From assembly GCA_018812705.1 (NCBI GenBank), contig JAHJCZ010000097.1, positions 840-64,839 on the forward strand: a DNA stretch of 64,000 bases, given 5' to 3'. The notes under the pieces are model-generated. The model was not told the origin of the DNA. It saw only the letters and a program-made list of their open reading frames with translations, and did not search any database. A program made the position numbers and the translations under genes. The DNA comes from Candidatus Omnitrophota bacterium (lineage in GTDB: Bacteria > Omnitrophota > Gorgyraeia > Zapsychrales > Zapsychraceae). How positions within the stretch are numbered: the first letter of the stretch is position 1; each line of letters begins with the position of its first letter. This document shows positions 41,996-53,368 of the stretch, piece after piece.

Positions 41996-42335
41996 AGTTA
42001 GAGGTGTCGTTGCGGCACAAAAGAGAAAAAAGAAAGTTCTAAAACAAGCTAAGGGTCAGTTTGGGCACAGAAGCAAGAGATTTAAGCAAGCAAAAAGATC
42101 CATTATTAAGGGCATGGTGTATGAATACAGAGATCGCAAAGTAAGACAGAGAGATTTTAAAAGTCTTTGGATTATTCGCATTAATGCTGCTTGCAAAGAA
42201 GCTGGTATTACATATAGCCGTTTTATGAATGGATTGAAAAAAGCAAAGATAGAGATCAATCGTAAAATATTAGCAGAATTAGCAGTTAGTTCTCCAGGAG
42301 CGTTTAAAAAATTGCTAAAACTAGTTCAATGCTAA
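41988..42335 (+). CDS. rplT: 50S ribosomal protein L20
   Basis: MVRV..., YRDRK...FKSLWIIRINAA, YSRFMNGL. Confidence 0.98.
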   Translation: MVRVRGVVAAQKRKKKVLKQAKGQFGHRSKRFKQAKRSIIKGMVYEYRDRKVRQRDFKSLWIIRINAACKEAGITYSRFMNGLKKAKIEINRKILAELAVSSPGAFKKLLKLVQC

Positions 42336-42367
42336 AAAATAAAAAGCAGTTTAACGATTAGTAAATT

Positions 42368-42400
42368 TTTAGGCCCTGATTAGCAGGGCCTAAACTTTAA
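42368..42400 (+). terminator. Hairpin/terminator after rplT
   Basis: TTTAGGCCCTG-ATTAG-CAGGGCCTAAA-CTTT. Confidence 0.65.
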
Positions 42401-42413
42401 AGGGTCCAAAGTT

Positions 42414-43772
42414 ATGAGAATAATAATTATTGGAGCGGGAAGAATTGGGTTAAACCTAGCAAAATCTCTCGTGAAAGAGAACCATGAAGTCTACATAATA
42501 GAAGCTAATGAGGATATAGCCAGAAAAGTAGATGAAAAGCTTGATGCAAAAGTGGTTTTTGGAAGCGGAGCTGATCCAGATACGCTGAGAAAAGTTCAAG
42601 TTCAAAGCGCTGATCTGGTCATAGCTGTTACGCATTCAGACGAAACGAACATGATAGTTTGCTCTTTAGCAGATTTCTTTGGGGCGAAAAGACAAGTTGC
42701 GCGAGTAAGAAATACAGCTTTAAGCAGAGAGTTAGGGGCATCAGGTTTTGAGCATTTTAACATTGATGAAATTATTAATCCTGAAGAGGTCGCTGCACAT
42801 GCTATTGTAAAAGCAATATGTTCTCCTGGCACAAGAGAAGTTGGTGATTTTGCTGAAGGAAGCATTCTTCTTCGCGGTTTTGACCTACCTGCAAAGTCTC
42901 CTTTGGCAGGATCAAAAATCAGCGACTTTAACGATGATGATTTTCCATGGCCCTTTCTTGTTGTAGCTATTAGTCGAGAAAAAGAAGCTTTTATCCCCAC
43001 CGGTGAAACAGTTCTCAATCCAAAGGACAGGATATATGTGCTTCTCCCAAGAGAATCCCTTGGAGAATTTTTATCTTTTGTTGATCCGACAGCGAAAAAA
43101 CCCGAAAAAGTTATTATATATGGTGCAACAGATACGGGCGTGCATGTTGCTCAAGAATTATCAAAAACTATAAGAGATGTAATTCTTTTAGAAGAGGATC
43201 CTAAGCGAGCAGAGAACGTTGCTGAAAAATTGGAATTTACAAGGGTGATCAATGGTTCAGCATCGGACAAAGATATTTTGACAGAATGTGGAATTGAAGC
43301 TGCGGACGTTTTTGTAGGGGCGACAGATAACGATAATTCAAATTTGATCAGCGCGGTTCTAGCTAAAAAAAGAGGAGCAAAGACCACAGTTATTATGACG
43401 CAACATCCCGACTACATGTCAATCGTTGATGCCCTAGACATTAATGTTATTGTTAACCCTCATCTTTTGGCTGTTGAGCAAATTTTAAGCTATGTAAGAG
43501 GGAAAACTATTAGCTCAATTACTAAATTGCTTGATTGTAAGGCGGAAGCCTTGGAGTTTATTGTCGAAAAAAATTCGCCAATAACAAAAGTCCCTGTAAA
43601 AGATGCTGCCTTTCCCAAGAACTCTATTATTGGAGCCGTCTTCAGAGATTCAAAAGCTTTTCTTGCAAAAGGAGACACTCAAATTCAAGAAGGGGATAAA
43701 GTTGTTGTCTTTTGTAAGGAAACAGAAGTTAAGAAAGTCCAATCGTTTTTTATTCAAAAAAAGGGTTTCTAA
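42414..43772 (+). CDS. trkA: Trk potassium uptake system protein TrkA
   Basis: Tandem RCK domains, IIGAGRIG. Confidence 0.95.
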   Translation: MRIIIIGAGRIGLNLAKSLVKENHEVYIIEANEDIARKVDEKLDAKVVFGSGADPDTLRKVQVQSADLVIAVTHSDETNMIVCSLADFFGAKRQVARVRNTALSRELGASGFEHFNIDEIINPEEVAAHAIVKAICSPGTREVGDFAEGSILLRGFDLPAKSPLAGSKISDFNDDDFPWPFLVVAISREKEAFIPTGETVLNPKDRIYVLLPRESLGEFLSFVDPTAKKPEKVIIYGATDTGVHVAQELSKTIRDVILLEEDPKRAENVAEKLEFTRVINGSASDKDILTECGIEAADVFVGATDNDNSNLISAVLAKKRGAKTTVIMTQHPDYMSIVDALDINVIVNPHLLAVEQILSYVRGKTISSITKLLDCKAEALEFIVEKNSPITKVPVKDAAFPKNSIIGAVFRDSKAFLAKGDTQIQEGDKVVVFCKETEVKKVQSFFIQKKGF

Positions 43773-43781
43773 AGGTTTTTA

Positions 43782-45236
43782 ATGCACAAGAAATTTGTTC
43801 TGAACATTGTTTCTAGAGTACAAATGATCGTATGCATGATCATGACAGTTCCTCTTTTGTGGTCAATTGCTGATGATCCTCACAGCAGAGAAACAATGTC
43901 ATTTATTGTGACCATATTGTTGGGGCTCTTTGTTTCATGTCTTGTTTTCTGGAATGTTAGGATGGACACAGAGGATTATGAAAAGTTAAACGCGAAAGAT
44001 GGTTTAGCGATAGTAGGTCTATCTTGGGTTTGTTTGTCTGTGTTCGGAGCGCTCCCTCTTTATTTGAGCCACGTTGTCGGCAGTTATACAGATGCGTTTT
44101 TTGAAATAGTTAGCGGATTTACTACAACAGGAGCTACGATCTTTACTGATGTTGAATCTTTGCCAAGAGGAATTTTATTTTGGAGAAGCCTTACTCACTG
44201 GCTTGGAGGGATGGGTATCATTGTTCTTTATTTAGCGCTGTTGCCTGCGGTTTCTAAAAATGCTTTTCAGCTTTTTAAAGCGGAGTCTCCTGGAATAACG
44301 GTTGAAAGGGTAGAACCAAGAATAAAGGAAACGGCAAAGATGCTTTGGACCGTCTATGTTCTTCTTTCTGTCGCGGAAATTATTTTGCTTATGTTAGGGA
44401 AAATGCCGTTCTTTGATGCCCTTTGCCATACTTTTGGAACAATGGCGACGGGAGGCTTTTCAACAAAGAATGCTAGTATTGGAGCGTATGGGCCATATAT
44501 TCAGTGGGTAATTACGTTCTTCATGTTTTTAGCAGGCGTAAATTTTATGCTTCATTATCAGGCGCTTAGAGGAAAGATAGGTGGATATTTTAGAAACGAA
44601 GAGTTTAGGTGGTATCTGGTTCTTGTTATTGCCTGTATTTTTATTTTTACAGCGGTCCTGCATATTCATTCAATTGGAAGTAGCCCTTTACTCGAGGCAT
44701 CATTTCAAACCGTTTCAATAATCACGACGACAGGTTATGTAACAGCAAATTTTGATCTTTGGCCTCAAGCATTAAGATTTATTTTGATCGTTTTAATGTT
44801 TATTGGTGGATGTGGCGGGTCTACCGGTGGAGGAATGAAGATAATAAGGTTTTTCTTGTCTTTAAAAATTGCTTTAAGGTCTATCATGCAGGCATTGTTC
44901 CCAAATGCAGTTTTGCCCGTTCGGTTCAATAAGGCCCCACAGGCCGACAGGATAGTAACATCTGTTCTATCATATTTTGTAATATATATTCTGTTGTTTT
45001 TTTCTGGGACAGTTGTTATGACCATAACAGAACGATGTGATCTGGTAACAGCTTTTTCAGCGTCAATCGCCTGTCTTAGCAATATTGGTCCTGGATTAGG
45101 GAAAGTTGGTGCGGATAGCAATTATGCTTGGATCTCTCTTCCTGGTAAATGGTTTTTGTCATTCTTAATGTTAGCAGGCAGGCTGGAGCTTTATTCCATT
45201 TTAGTCTTATTTATTCCCTCAACCTGGAAAAAGTAA
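43782..45236 (+). CDS. trkH: Trk potassium uptake membrane protein TrkH
   Basis: SGFTTTGA, ATGGFS, TTTGY, GSTGGG, NIGPGLG, GRLEL. Confidence 0.96.
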   Translation: MHKKFVLNIVSRVQMIVCMIMTVPLLWSIADDPHSRETMSFIVTILLGLFVSCLVFWNVRMDTEDYEKLNAKDGLAIVGLSWVCLSVFGALPLYLSHVVGSYTDAFFEIVSGFTTTGATIFTDVESLPRGILFWRSLTHWLGGMGIIVLYLALLPAVSKNAFQLFKAESPGITVERVEPRIKETAKMLWTVYVLLSVAEIILLMLGKMPFFDALCHTFGTMATGGFSTKNASIGAYGPYIQWVITFFMFLAGVNFMLHYQALRGKIGGYFRNEEFRWYLVLVIACIFIFTAVLHIHSIGSSPLLEASFQTVSIITTTGYVTANFDLWPQALRFILIVLMFIGGCGGSTGGGMKIIRFFLSLKIALRSIMQALFPNAVLPVRFNKAPQADRIVTSVLSYFVIYILLFFSGTVVMTITERCDLVTAFSASIACLSNIGPGLGKVGADSNYAWISLPGKWFLSFLMLAGRLELYSILVLFIPSTWKK

Positions 45237-45345
45237 GGATGTTTTAAAGGTCATAAAAAATATCGGTTTCAAAAACAATAAACGATGATATAATAGCTCT
45301 CGTTTTTAAAAAAAACAATTAATAACAATCTTTGCGAGACAAAAT

Positions 45346-46356
45346 ATGGAGTGGGATTTTCAATCAATTAGACAGGAAGCGCAAAAGGAAGCAATTTCCA
45401 TAAGCGACCAAACGTCTTTAGAGTCTTTTCGAATAAAATATTTAGGAAAAAAAGGTCTTATTCCACAGGTCTATTCTTCTTTGGCAACAGCGTCAAAAGA
45501 AGAAAAACCTCTTTTAGGAAAGAATGTCAACGAATTAAAGAATTTTATATCAGGTCTTATTGAAGAAAAAAAGCAAAGCGTTAAGGATAGCATTAAGCAG
45601 GCGTCGAAGAGCAATATAGATGTTACTCTCCCAGGAGTTGCTAGCGATATAGGGCATTCTCATTTGCTAACTCAAACAATGGAAGAGATTTGTGGCTTGT
45701 TTGAAAAGCTTGGATTTATCGTACAAGAAGGCCCTGAAATAGAAACAGAGTTCAATAATTTTGATGCGCTAAATATTCCAAGTAATCATCCATCAAGGGA
45801 CGGGTTTGACACCTTTTACGTCGATAAATCTGATCCAGATGATAAAGACAAAAAGCTCCTGCTTAGAAGTCAAACATCTCCGGTGCAGATCCGTGTTATG
45901 AAAGCAAATAAGCCTCCTTTAGCGGTTGTTGTTCCGGGAAAGGTTTACCGTCCGGATGCTGTTGATGCGAGCCATTCTTTTATGTTTCACCAGATAGAAG
46001 GATTGCTTGTTGATAAAGACGTAAAATTCTCTCACTTAAAAGGATTGCTTACAACTTTTTGCAAGCGTTTTTTTGGGGATAAAATTAAAATGAGATTTCG
46101 CCCGCATTTTTTTCCGTTCACTGAGCCGTCCGCAGAAATTGATATTTCATGGGAACAAGGCAAGAAAGACTGGCTTGAAATTATGGGTTGCGGAATGGTT
46201 CATCCACAAGTTTTTAAAGCAGTCGGATATCCAAAAGGGAAATATACAGGCTTAGCGTTCGGTTTGGGTGTAGAGCGAATCGCAATGCTAAGATATGGCA
46301 TTAGGGATATTCGTCTTTTTTATGAAAACGACAAAAGATTTTTGGAGCAGTTTTAA
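45346..46356 (+). CDS. pheS: Phenylalanyl-tRNA synthetase alpha
   Basis: LLRSQTSPVQ, FHQIEG, FPFTEPS, GLAFGLGVER. Confidence 0.98.
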   Translation: MEWDFQSIRQEAQKEAISISDQTSLESFRIKYLGKKGLIPQVYSSLATASKEEKPLLGKNVNELKNFISGLIEEKKQSVKDSIKQASKSNIDVTLPGVASDIGHSHLLTQTMEEICGLFEKLGFIVQEGPEIETEFNNFDALNIPSNHPSRDGFDTFYVDKSDPDDKDKKLLLRSQTSPVQIRVMKANKPPLAVVVPGKVYRPDAVDASHSFMFHQIEGLLVDKDVKFSHLKGLLTTFCKRFFGDKIKMRFRPHFFPFTEPSAEIDISWEQGKKDWLEIMGCGMVHPQVFKAVGYPKGKYTGLAFGLGVERIAMLRYGIRDIRLFYENDKRFLEQF

Positions 46357-46358
46357 TT

Positions 46359-48398
46359 ATGAAAATAAGTCTAAGATGGATCAAAGATTATGTGGAGGTT
46401 CAAATCCCCCCGGGCAGCCTGGCCGATAGGTTAACTATGGCAGGCCTTGAAGTGGAAGATATTTCGTCAGTTGGTGATGATACGGTTTTTACAATAGAGA
46501 TCACTCCGAATAGACCAGATTGTTTAAATATGATAGGCATAGCCAGAGAGATCTCGGCAGTTTTAAACAAAGACCTGATTCTTCCTAAAATAGGAAAAAT
46601 ATCAAAAGCTGATGCCAAGTGCGAAATTAAGATAGAAGATAAAAAAGGATGTCTTCGTTATATTGGGACAGTGATTGAAAATATTTCAATAAAACAAGCA
46701 CCAAAAGAAATGTTGAAAAGAATAAATTCTTTAGGCTTACGAGCCATCAACAACATTGTTGATATAACTAATTTTTGTTTGTTAGAGACGGGACAACCCT
46801 TACACGCTTTTGATTATGATAAACTTGCCGGAGGAAAGATATTTGTCCGCAGGGCAAAAGAGGGGGAGAAGATAGTTACCATTGATGATGTTGAAAGAGT
46901 CTTAGATACGTCAATTCTTGTTATAGCAGATGAAGAAAAGCCTGTCGCTATTGCAGGGATCATGGGAGGCAAGGTGACAGAAGTAACTTCTGCAACAAAA
47001 AAGATTCTTTTGGAAAGCGCATATTTCGACCCGATACTTATTAGAAAAGCCTCAAGAAAATTGGGGCTTTCGAGCGATTCTTCTTATCGATTTGAAAGAG
47101 GAGTTGATTATCCTACTGTAGAGAAATGTTCAAACAGGGCTTTGTCTTTGATCCTTAAGGAAGCAGGAGGGAAGATCGTAAAGAGCTCGGATGTTAAAGT
47201 TTCGGATAGGAAGGCAGAGGAAAAAGAAATTGTTATTGAAAAAGAAACGATAGATAGTTTTTTAGGGACAGAAACTTCAGTTGCAGAAATTAAGAATATT
47301 TTTGATAAATTAGGTTTTAATGTCAAGGTTGACAAAAAGAAGATCTTTACGATCGTGCCGCCATCTTTTAGGAGCGACATAGTTCAAGAAGTTGATATTA
47401 TTGAAGAAGTTGCAAGGATAATTGGCTATGATAATCTTCCGCTATCTATGCCGAGCATAAAAGTTTCAAGCATTGCTGAAAGTAAAGAGATCAAACTAAG
47501 AAAGAAAGTTAAGCAAATATTAATATCTCAAGGCTGCAGCGAAACAGTTACCTACACTATGATCAATCAGAAGCATTTGAATGATTCAAAACTAAGCGAT
47601 ATAGAAAAGTTAAAGATATTGAATCCTTTGTCACAAGATCAAGAAATGATGAGACCCTCTTTGCTGCCAAGCATGTTATCGAGAGTGCAGTTCAATATGA
47701 ACAGGGGACAGAAAGACCTAAGCTTCTTTGAGGTAGGCAAAATATATACAAAAAAGGGTGAGAAAGAGACGCTTGCGGTCATTATGACAGGAGTTGCTTT
47801 AAGAGATTGGCGAAAGCTAAAACAGAACAATGTAGATTTTATCGACATAAAAGGTATTGTTGGAAAAGTTTTGAGTGGGATCGATATAAAAGATAGCGAT
47901 GTGTCTTATAAGATAAGTGAGGTGTCATTTTTTGAAGAAGAAGTAAGTGCTCAAATATTGTTGAAAGGAAAAAGGATTGGTTCTGTGGGGCAAATATGTG
48001 GAGAGGTGCTTGATTCCTGGGATATTAAAGGGGCAAGTGTTATTTTTGCAGAGGTTGACCTTGAAAGTGTTTATTCATATTCTTTTAGCAAGAAGCACTA
48101 TTCTCCTATTATTGAATATCCTCTCGTGACCAGAGACATAAGCTTGGCAATTAAAAAAGAAACAACCTTTGATGAAATAATGAATATTGTTTTCAGCGAC
48201 AGCAATGATATTATGAATAATTTTAATTTAATAGAAGAATATTTGGGCGAAAATCTTCCCGGGACAGAATATAAAGGAATAGTTTGCTCTTGTAAATACC
48301 AATCAAATAAGGGAACTCTTACTGAAGAGGCAGTAACCGAAGTGCATGAAAGGATCTGCCAGTCTTTGATAGATAAATTGGGCGCAATTCGAAGATAG
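46359..48398 (+). CDS. pheT: Phenylalanyl-tRNA synthetase beta (short form)
   Basis: LTMAGLEVE joined almost directly to EITPNRPDC; B3/4, RFERG, EEVARIIGY, FDX-ACB tail. Confidence 0.97.
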   Translation: MKISLRWIKDYVEVQIPPGSLADRLTMAGLEVEDISSVGDDTVFTIEITPNRPDCLNMIGIAREISAVLNKDLILPKIGKISKADAKCEIKIEDKKGCLRYIGTVIENISIKQAPKEMLKRINSLGLRAINNIVDITNFCLLETGQPLHAFDYDKLAGGKIFVRRAKEGEKIVTIDDVERVLDTSILVIADEEKPVAIAGIMGGKVTEVTSATKKILLESAYFDPILIRKASRKLGLSSDSSYRFERGVDYPTVEKCSNRALSLILKEAGGKIVKSSDVKVSDRKAEEKEIVIEKETIDSFLGTETSVAEIKNIFDKLGFNVKVDKKKIFTIVPPSFRSDIVQEVDIIEEVARIIGYDNLPLSMPSIKVSSIAESKEIKLRKKVKQILISQGCSETVTYTMINQKHLNDSKLSDIEKLKILNPLSQDQEMMRPSLLPSMLSRVQFNMNRGQKDLSFFEVGKIYTKKGEKETLAVIMTGVALRDWRKLKQNNVDFIDIKGIVGKVLSGIDIKDSDVSYKISEVSFFEEEVSAQILLKGKRIGSVGQICGEVLDSWDIKGASVIFAEVDLESVYSYSFSKKHYSPIIEYPLVTRDISLAIKKETTFDEIMNIVFSDSNDIMNNFNLIEEYLGENLPGTEYKGIVCSCKYQSNKGTLTEEAVTEVHERICQSLIDKLGAIRR

Positions 48399-48456
48399 AA
48401 GCCATTAATATTTTAAAGATAGAATGTTTCTTGATATGGTGTTATCATAAGCCAGT

Positions 48457-48606
48457 AATCCCTGCTGTGTTCGTTAGGACGTTTATAGAGAACCAACACT
48501 CTATAAAGGGACGCTAAACTTCCGGGTTGTCTGAGGACACTTCGGAGAGGTTCCCACTTGGTGAAAAGGTTCACCTATTCTCTTGTCCGACGGCATGGTG
48601 GGGATT
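48457..48606 (+). ncRNA. ssrS: 6S RNA
   Basis: Complementary ends AATCCCTGCTGTGTTCGT...GACGGCATGGTGGGATT with internal GAACC/GGTTC pairing; typical pheT-6S-5-formyl-THF cycloligase-rny neighbourhood. Confidence 0.85.
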
Positions 48607-48632
48607 TTTTTATATGAAGGCATAGTTTTTTA

Positions 48633-49976
48633 ATGAACAGCGAAGAGAAGAATCCAATGGAGCTTTTTGATGAGCCTTTAAAAGAAAGGGTTTTTGAAAA
48701 TTCACCTTTAAGCGTGAGAATGCGGCCACGTTCATTAGATGAATATGTAGGACAAAAGCACATTCTTGGAGAAGGCAAACTGCTGTTTCGAGCGATCGAA
48801 GCAGATAAAATAAATTCTCTGATCTTGTATGGCCCTCCCGGAACAGGTAAAACTACATTGGCTCAGTGCATTAGCCAGAAAACAAAAGCATGTTTTGAAA
48901 GAATCAATGCAGTTTCTTCCAATGTTGATGACCTCAGAAGAATAATAAAGGGAAGCCTGCATCGTATTAGCACATCAGGTCAAAAAACAATCCTTTTTAT
49001 AGATGAGATTCATAGGTTTAACAAAGCTCAGCAAGATGTTTTAATGCCGGATGTTGAAACAGGGTGTTTAATTCTTATTGGAGCAACGGTTTTAAATCCC
49101 TTTTTCTCTTTAACCAGCCCTTTGTTGTCAAGGTCTATGGTTTTTGAGCTTAATTCTTTGTCAAAAGAAGATCTTATGCAAATTTTAAAAAGAGCTTTAA
49201 AGGATAAAGAAAGAGGCCTGGGAAAACTGCCTATAAAAGCAAAACAGTCAGCCCTTGTTTTTCTTGCAGAGGTTTGCGATGGAGATGCCAGAAGAGCTTT
49301 AAATGCTTTAGAGATTGGATGTTCAACAACACCAAAATCCAAAGACGGTAAAATATATTTTGACTTAAACATTGCACAGGAATCAATTCAAAGAAAGCAA
49401 GTGGTTTATGATAAGGATGGCGATGCTCATTATGATACAGCATCAGCCTTTATTAAATCAATGAGAGGGTCTGATCCTGACGCAGCAATTTATTGGATGG
49501 CAAAAATGATATATGCAGGGGAAGATCCGAGATTTATTGCCAGAAGGATATGTATTTGCGCGGCTGAGGATGTTGGCAATGCGGATCCGCAAGCATTGGT
49601 TTTAGCTAATGCAGCATTTCAGGTATCAGAATTTATTGGTCTGCCGGAGGCGAGAATTCCTCTAGCTCAAGCTGCTATTTATGTGGCGTGTGCTCCAAAA
49701 TCAAATGCTGCGTATATGGCAATTAATAATGCTTTGGAGGATGTAAAGAATAAAAAAATTCAAGAAGTGCCTGTTCATTTAAAAGATGCTTCATATTCTG
49801 GCGCCAAAAGTCTTGGGCGCCAAAAAGGCTATAAATATGCACATGATTATAAAAGCCATTATATTGAGCAAGAATATATGCCTATAAACGCAAAATATTA
49901 TAATCCTGGAGAACTTGGTTATGAGAGAAAAATGAAGGAAAGAATGGAAAAAATGAAAGACTCTCATGAAACGTAA
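48633..49976 (+). CDS. rarA: Replication-associated recombination protein A (RarA/MgsA)
   Basis: RMRP..L.EYVGQ, GPPGTGKTT, DEIHRFNKAQQD, SAFIKSMRGSDPD. Confidence 0.97.
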   Translation: MNSEEKNPMELFDEPLKERVFENSPLSVRMRPRSLDEYVGQKHILGEGKLLFRAIEADKINSLILYGPPGTGKTTLAQCISQKTKACFERINAVSSNVDDLRRIIKGSLHRISTSGQKTILFIDEIHRFNKAQQDVLMPDVETGCLILIGATVLNPFFSLTSPLLSRSMVFELNSLSKEDLMQILKRALKDKERGLGKLPIKAKQSALVFLAEVCDGDARRALNALEIGCSTTPKSKDGKIYFDLNIAQESIQRKQVVYDKDGDAHYDTASAFIKSMRGSDPDAAIYWMAKMIYAGEDPRFIARRICICAAEDVGNADPQALVLANAAFQVSEFIGLPEARIPLAQAAIYVACAPKSNAAYMAINNALEDVKNKKIQEVPVHLKDASYSGAKSLGRQKGYKYAHDYKSHYIEQEYMPINAKYYNPGELGYERKMKERMEKMKDSHET

Positions 49977-50168
49977 GACAATGAAAATAAATGATTTATA
50001 AGGCTAGTATAGCATTTAAAATTGCGGTTGTATCTTTGAAGAAAAGGTGATAATATAAAGACTCAAATAGATAGCTCAATTTTAGCATATTTGAGAGTTA
50101 CAGGACAAATTAAGAAAATATAATATTTAATAGTATTAAAGTGGTTTTTAGAGGCTGAAAGAAGTTTA

Positions 50169-50723
50169 GTGTTTAGACAAAAACAGATTATTAGGGAAAG
50201 GATAATAACGCTTTTAAGAAATCAGGAGGAGGAAAAGCGATCAGCTAAAAGCTTGGTAATTCTTAACAGGCTTTTTAAAATGCAAGAGTTCCAAAATGCA
50301 GTAACGGTTTTGTTTTATTCAGCATTTTCAGGGGAAGTAGAAACATTTGAAATGATTAAAAGAGCACAAAAACTAGGAAAAAGAATTGGTCTGCCAAAAG
50401 TCATACAAGAAAAGAATATAATGTATCCGACATTGGCAGGGGATTTAAATGCAGATTTAGAAGATGGTCCTTATGGTATTAAACAAACAAAAGAATCTAA
50501 AGTTCTATCTTTCAAAGATATAGATATGATCATTGTTCCCGGGGTTGCCTTTGACAAAAAGAAAAATCGTCTTGGCAGAGGAGGGGGATACTATGATCGT
50601 TTTTTAAAAGATAGACCTGCAAACATTCCTACAGTTGGCCTTGCTTTTGATTTTCAAATAGTTGATAACTTACCCATAGATAAACATGATGTGCCAGTTG
50701 ATCATGTTCTAACCGATATATAG
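50169..50723 (+). CDS. 5-formyltetrahydrofolate cyclo-ligase
   Basis: VPGVAFD..NRLGRGGGYYDR, HDVPVD. Confidence 0.95.
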   Translation: MFRQKQIIRERIITLLRNQEEEKRSAKSLVILNRLFKMQEFQNAVTVLFYSAFSGEVETFEMIKRAQKLGKRIGLPKVIQEKNIMYPTLAGDLNADLEDGPYGIKQTKESKVLSFKDIDMIIVPGVAFDKKKNRLGRGGGYYDRFLKDRPANIPTVGLAFDFQIVDNLPIDKHDVPVDHVLTDI

Positions 50724-50857
50724 CTAGATCGTTTTAAGATACAATCCTTCTATTAAAACTTTAAAACAAAAGAGCAATGCATATTGTTGCATTCGATAAT
50801 GGAGTGATAGAAACAACTAACAACTATTGTTTTAGTTCTTAGAGAGGAGAAAATAGA

Positions 50858-52435
50858 ATGTTTGGAGATAAAAACATGTATCCGCAAGGAGCAGTTCTTT
50901 CAGTATTTGCTGTTGTCCTTTTTTTTGCAGGTTATTTTTTAAGATGGTTTTTTGCAGGAAAAAAGTTAAGAAAAACTGAAGAAAAAGCAAGGAGATTGCT
51001 GGAATCAGCAAAAAATGAGGTAGATAGCCAAAAAAAGGAAATTGAACTGCATAGTAAAGATTTGGTTATCAAATTAAGGCAGGATTTTGATAAAGAAACA
51101 AAGGACAGAAGAGAAGAAATTGCAACTGTAGAAAAAAGGCTTATTCAGAAAGAAGAAAATTTAGACAAAAGAGTGGATCTTTTGGAAAAGAAGGAAAAAG
51201 ATATAACTGCGAGGGTAGAAGAGTTACATAAGAATGAAAAAGATGTGCAGGGCAAGAATTTAGAGCTGGTCAAAATGATAGAAGAAGAAAAGCAGCGCTT
51301 GCAGAAAATTTCTTCAATGACTGAAGAAGAGGCGAAAAAACTGCTTTTAGCACGCTTGGATGAAGAAATAGTACATGAAAAAGCAACGAGAATACGTAAA
51401 TCAGAAGAAGAGATCAAAGAAACTTGTGATAAGAAAGCAAGACAAATAGTCTCAACAGCGATACAAAGATGTGCATCAGACCATACTTCTGCATCTACGG
51501 TAACAGTTGTTATGCTGCCAAGTGATGAAATGAAGGGTAGGATCATTGGTCGAGAAGGAAGAAATATTAGAGCTTTAGAAGCGGCTGCAGGAGTAGATGT
51601 TATTATTGATGACACCCCTGAAGCTGTAACGATCTCAGGATTTGATATGTATAGAAGAGAGATCGCCAGGATTGCTTTAGAAAGTTTAATTACAGATGGA
51701 AGGATTCACCCAGGACGTATTGAAGAAGTTGTAGAAAAAGCTAAAAAGGAAATGGATAATACGGTTAAAGAAGAAGGTGAAAAGATAGCCTTCGATTTGT
51801 CTGTACATGGAATGCATCCGGAATTATTGAAATTAGTTGGTAAGTTGAAATATAGAACTAGTTATGGGCAAAACGGATTGCAACATACTAGAGAAGTTGC
51901 GATCTTAATGGGAGCAATGGCTGCTCAAATGGGATTAGATACAAAGATAGCAATAAGAGCTGGATTGCTTCATGATATTGGGAAAGTTGTCAACCAAGAG
52001 GTTATGGAGGGCACACATGCTATTGTTGGCGGGACATTAGCTCGCAAGTTTGGAGAGCAGGAAGATGTGGCTAGCGCGATTGAATCACATCATGAAGAAG
52101 TTGAAACAAAGAATGTTTATGGCATTTTGGTTTGTGCCGCAGATGCCATTAGTGCTGCACGCCCAGGGGCAAGAGCAGAGACCCTTGAGACATACGTTAA
52201 ACGATTAGAGAACTTAGAAAAGATAGCAAACTCCTTTAAAGGCGTTAGCAAAACGTTTGCTTTGCAGGCAGGAAGAGAAATTCGAATCATGGTTGATCCA
52301 GACAAGATCAATGATGATGAATCTTTGGTTCTTGCCAGAGACATACGTAAAAAAATCGAAGAAGAAATGGAGTATCCAGGACAGATAAAAGTTATTGTTT
52401 TAAGGGAAAAAAGAGCAGTTGAATACGCTAAATAG
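50858..52435 (+). CDS. rny: Ribonuclease Y
   Basis: TM, coiled coil, KH ([14 protein letters not shown]), HD (GLLHDIGK). Confidence 0.98.
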   Translation: MFGDKNMYPQGAVLSVFAVVLFFAGYFLRWFFAGKKLRKTEEKARRLLESAKNEVDSQKKEIELHSKDLVIKLRQDFDKETKDRREEIATVEKRLIQKEENLDKRVDLLEKKEKDITARVEELHKNEKDVQGKNLELVKMIEEEKQRLQKISSMTEEEAKKLLLARLDEEIVHEKATRIRKSEEEIKETCDKKARQIVSTAIQRCASDHTSASTVTVVMLPSDEMKGRIIGREGRNIRALEAAAGVDVIIDDTPEAVTISGFDMYRREIARIALESLITDGRIHPGRIEEVVEKAKKEMDNTVKEEGEKIAFDLSVHGMHPELLKLVGKLKYRTSYGQNGLQHTREVAILMGAMAAQMGLDTKIAIRAGLLHDIGKVVNQEVMEGTHAIVGGTLARKFGEQEDVASAIESHHEEVETKNVYGILVCAADAISAARPGARAETLETYVKRLENLEKIANSFKGVSKTFALQAGREIRIMVDPDKINDDESLVLARDIRKKIEEEMEYPGQIKVIVLREKRAVEYAK

Positions 52436-52476
52436 GCTTTTAAAGGCTTTGTTTTTAGATAATATTAAAATACATT

Positions 52477-53268
52477 ATGAATATATTATGCCTTGGAGAT
52501 ATTGTTGGTAAGCCTGGAAGGCAAGCTGTTGAAGAATTACTGCCTGCTTTAAAAGAAGAGCATTCTATAGATCTTGTTCTCGCTAATGCTGAAAATGCAG
52601 CGGGAGGCTCAGGGTTAACTTCCAGAATAGCTAAGCAGCTCTTTAATATGGGATGTGATGTTATTTCTCTTGGAGACCATGTTTGGGATCAAAAAGAATT
52701 AGAGGAGTATTTAAAAGATTCGGACAAGGTTATCCGTCCTGCGAATTTTCCCGATGATGTTCCAGGCAAAGGGTGGTGTATCGTTAAAACCGCTTCAGGG
52801 CAAAAGGTTGGGATAATCAATGTTCTTGGTCGGGTTTTTATGAGATACAGCTTGAACTGTCCGTTTCGTACAGTAGAGGCCTTGGTTACCGAAATAAAGA
52901 AAGAAACAGATATTATTGTTGTAGATCTTCATGCTGAAGCAACAAGTGAGAAAGTTGCGATGGGCCATTTTGTTAACGGAAGTGTTTCGGCGGTCGTAGG
53001 AACACATACGCATATACAAACAGCTGATGAAACTATTCTTTCCAAGGGGACTGCATATATTACAGATTTAGGTATGGTTGGCCCATATGACTCTGTTATT
53101 GGACAGGATAAAGAAAGAATTATTGAGCGATTTATAAAATGCATGCCAATAAAATTTCAAGTTGCAGAAAATGATGTGAAATTATGCGGCGTTGTTATTA
53201 ACATTGATGAATCAACTGGTTTGGCCAAGAATATTGTGCGGATCCAAAGAGATCTTAAAAAAGGGTAG
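52477..53268 (+). CDS. ymdB: YmdB-like metallophosphoesterase
   Basis: GDIVGKPG, NAENAAGG, DLHAEATSEK, GTHTH; downstream of rny. Confidence 0.95.
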   Translation: MNILCLGDIVGKPGRQAVEELLPALKEEHSIDLVLANAENAAGGSGLTSRIAKQLFNMGCDVISLGDHVWDQKELEEYLKDSDKVIRPANFPDDVPGKGWCIVKTASGQKVGIINVLGRVFMRYSLNCPFRTVEALVTEIKKETDIIVVDLHAEATSEKVAMGHFVNGSVSAVVGTHTHIQTADETILSKGTAYITDLGMVGPYDSVIGQDKERIIERFIKCMPIKFQVAENDVKLCGVVINIDESTGLAKNIVRIQRDLKKG

Positions 53269-53368
53269 AGTTTGTGAAAATATAAAATTTCCTGTATTTT
53301 AAAAAGTTTTTTGTGGTATAGTAAAAATAATTATAAAAAGAAGCTTTAATAACTAAAGGAGTTTTTTG

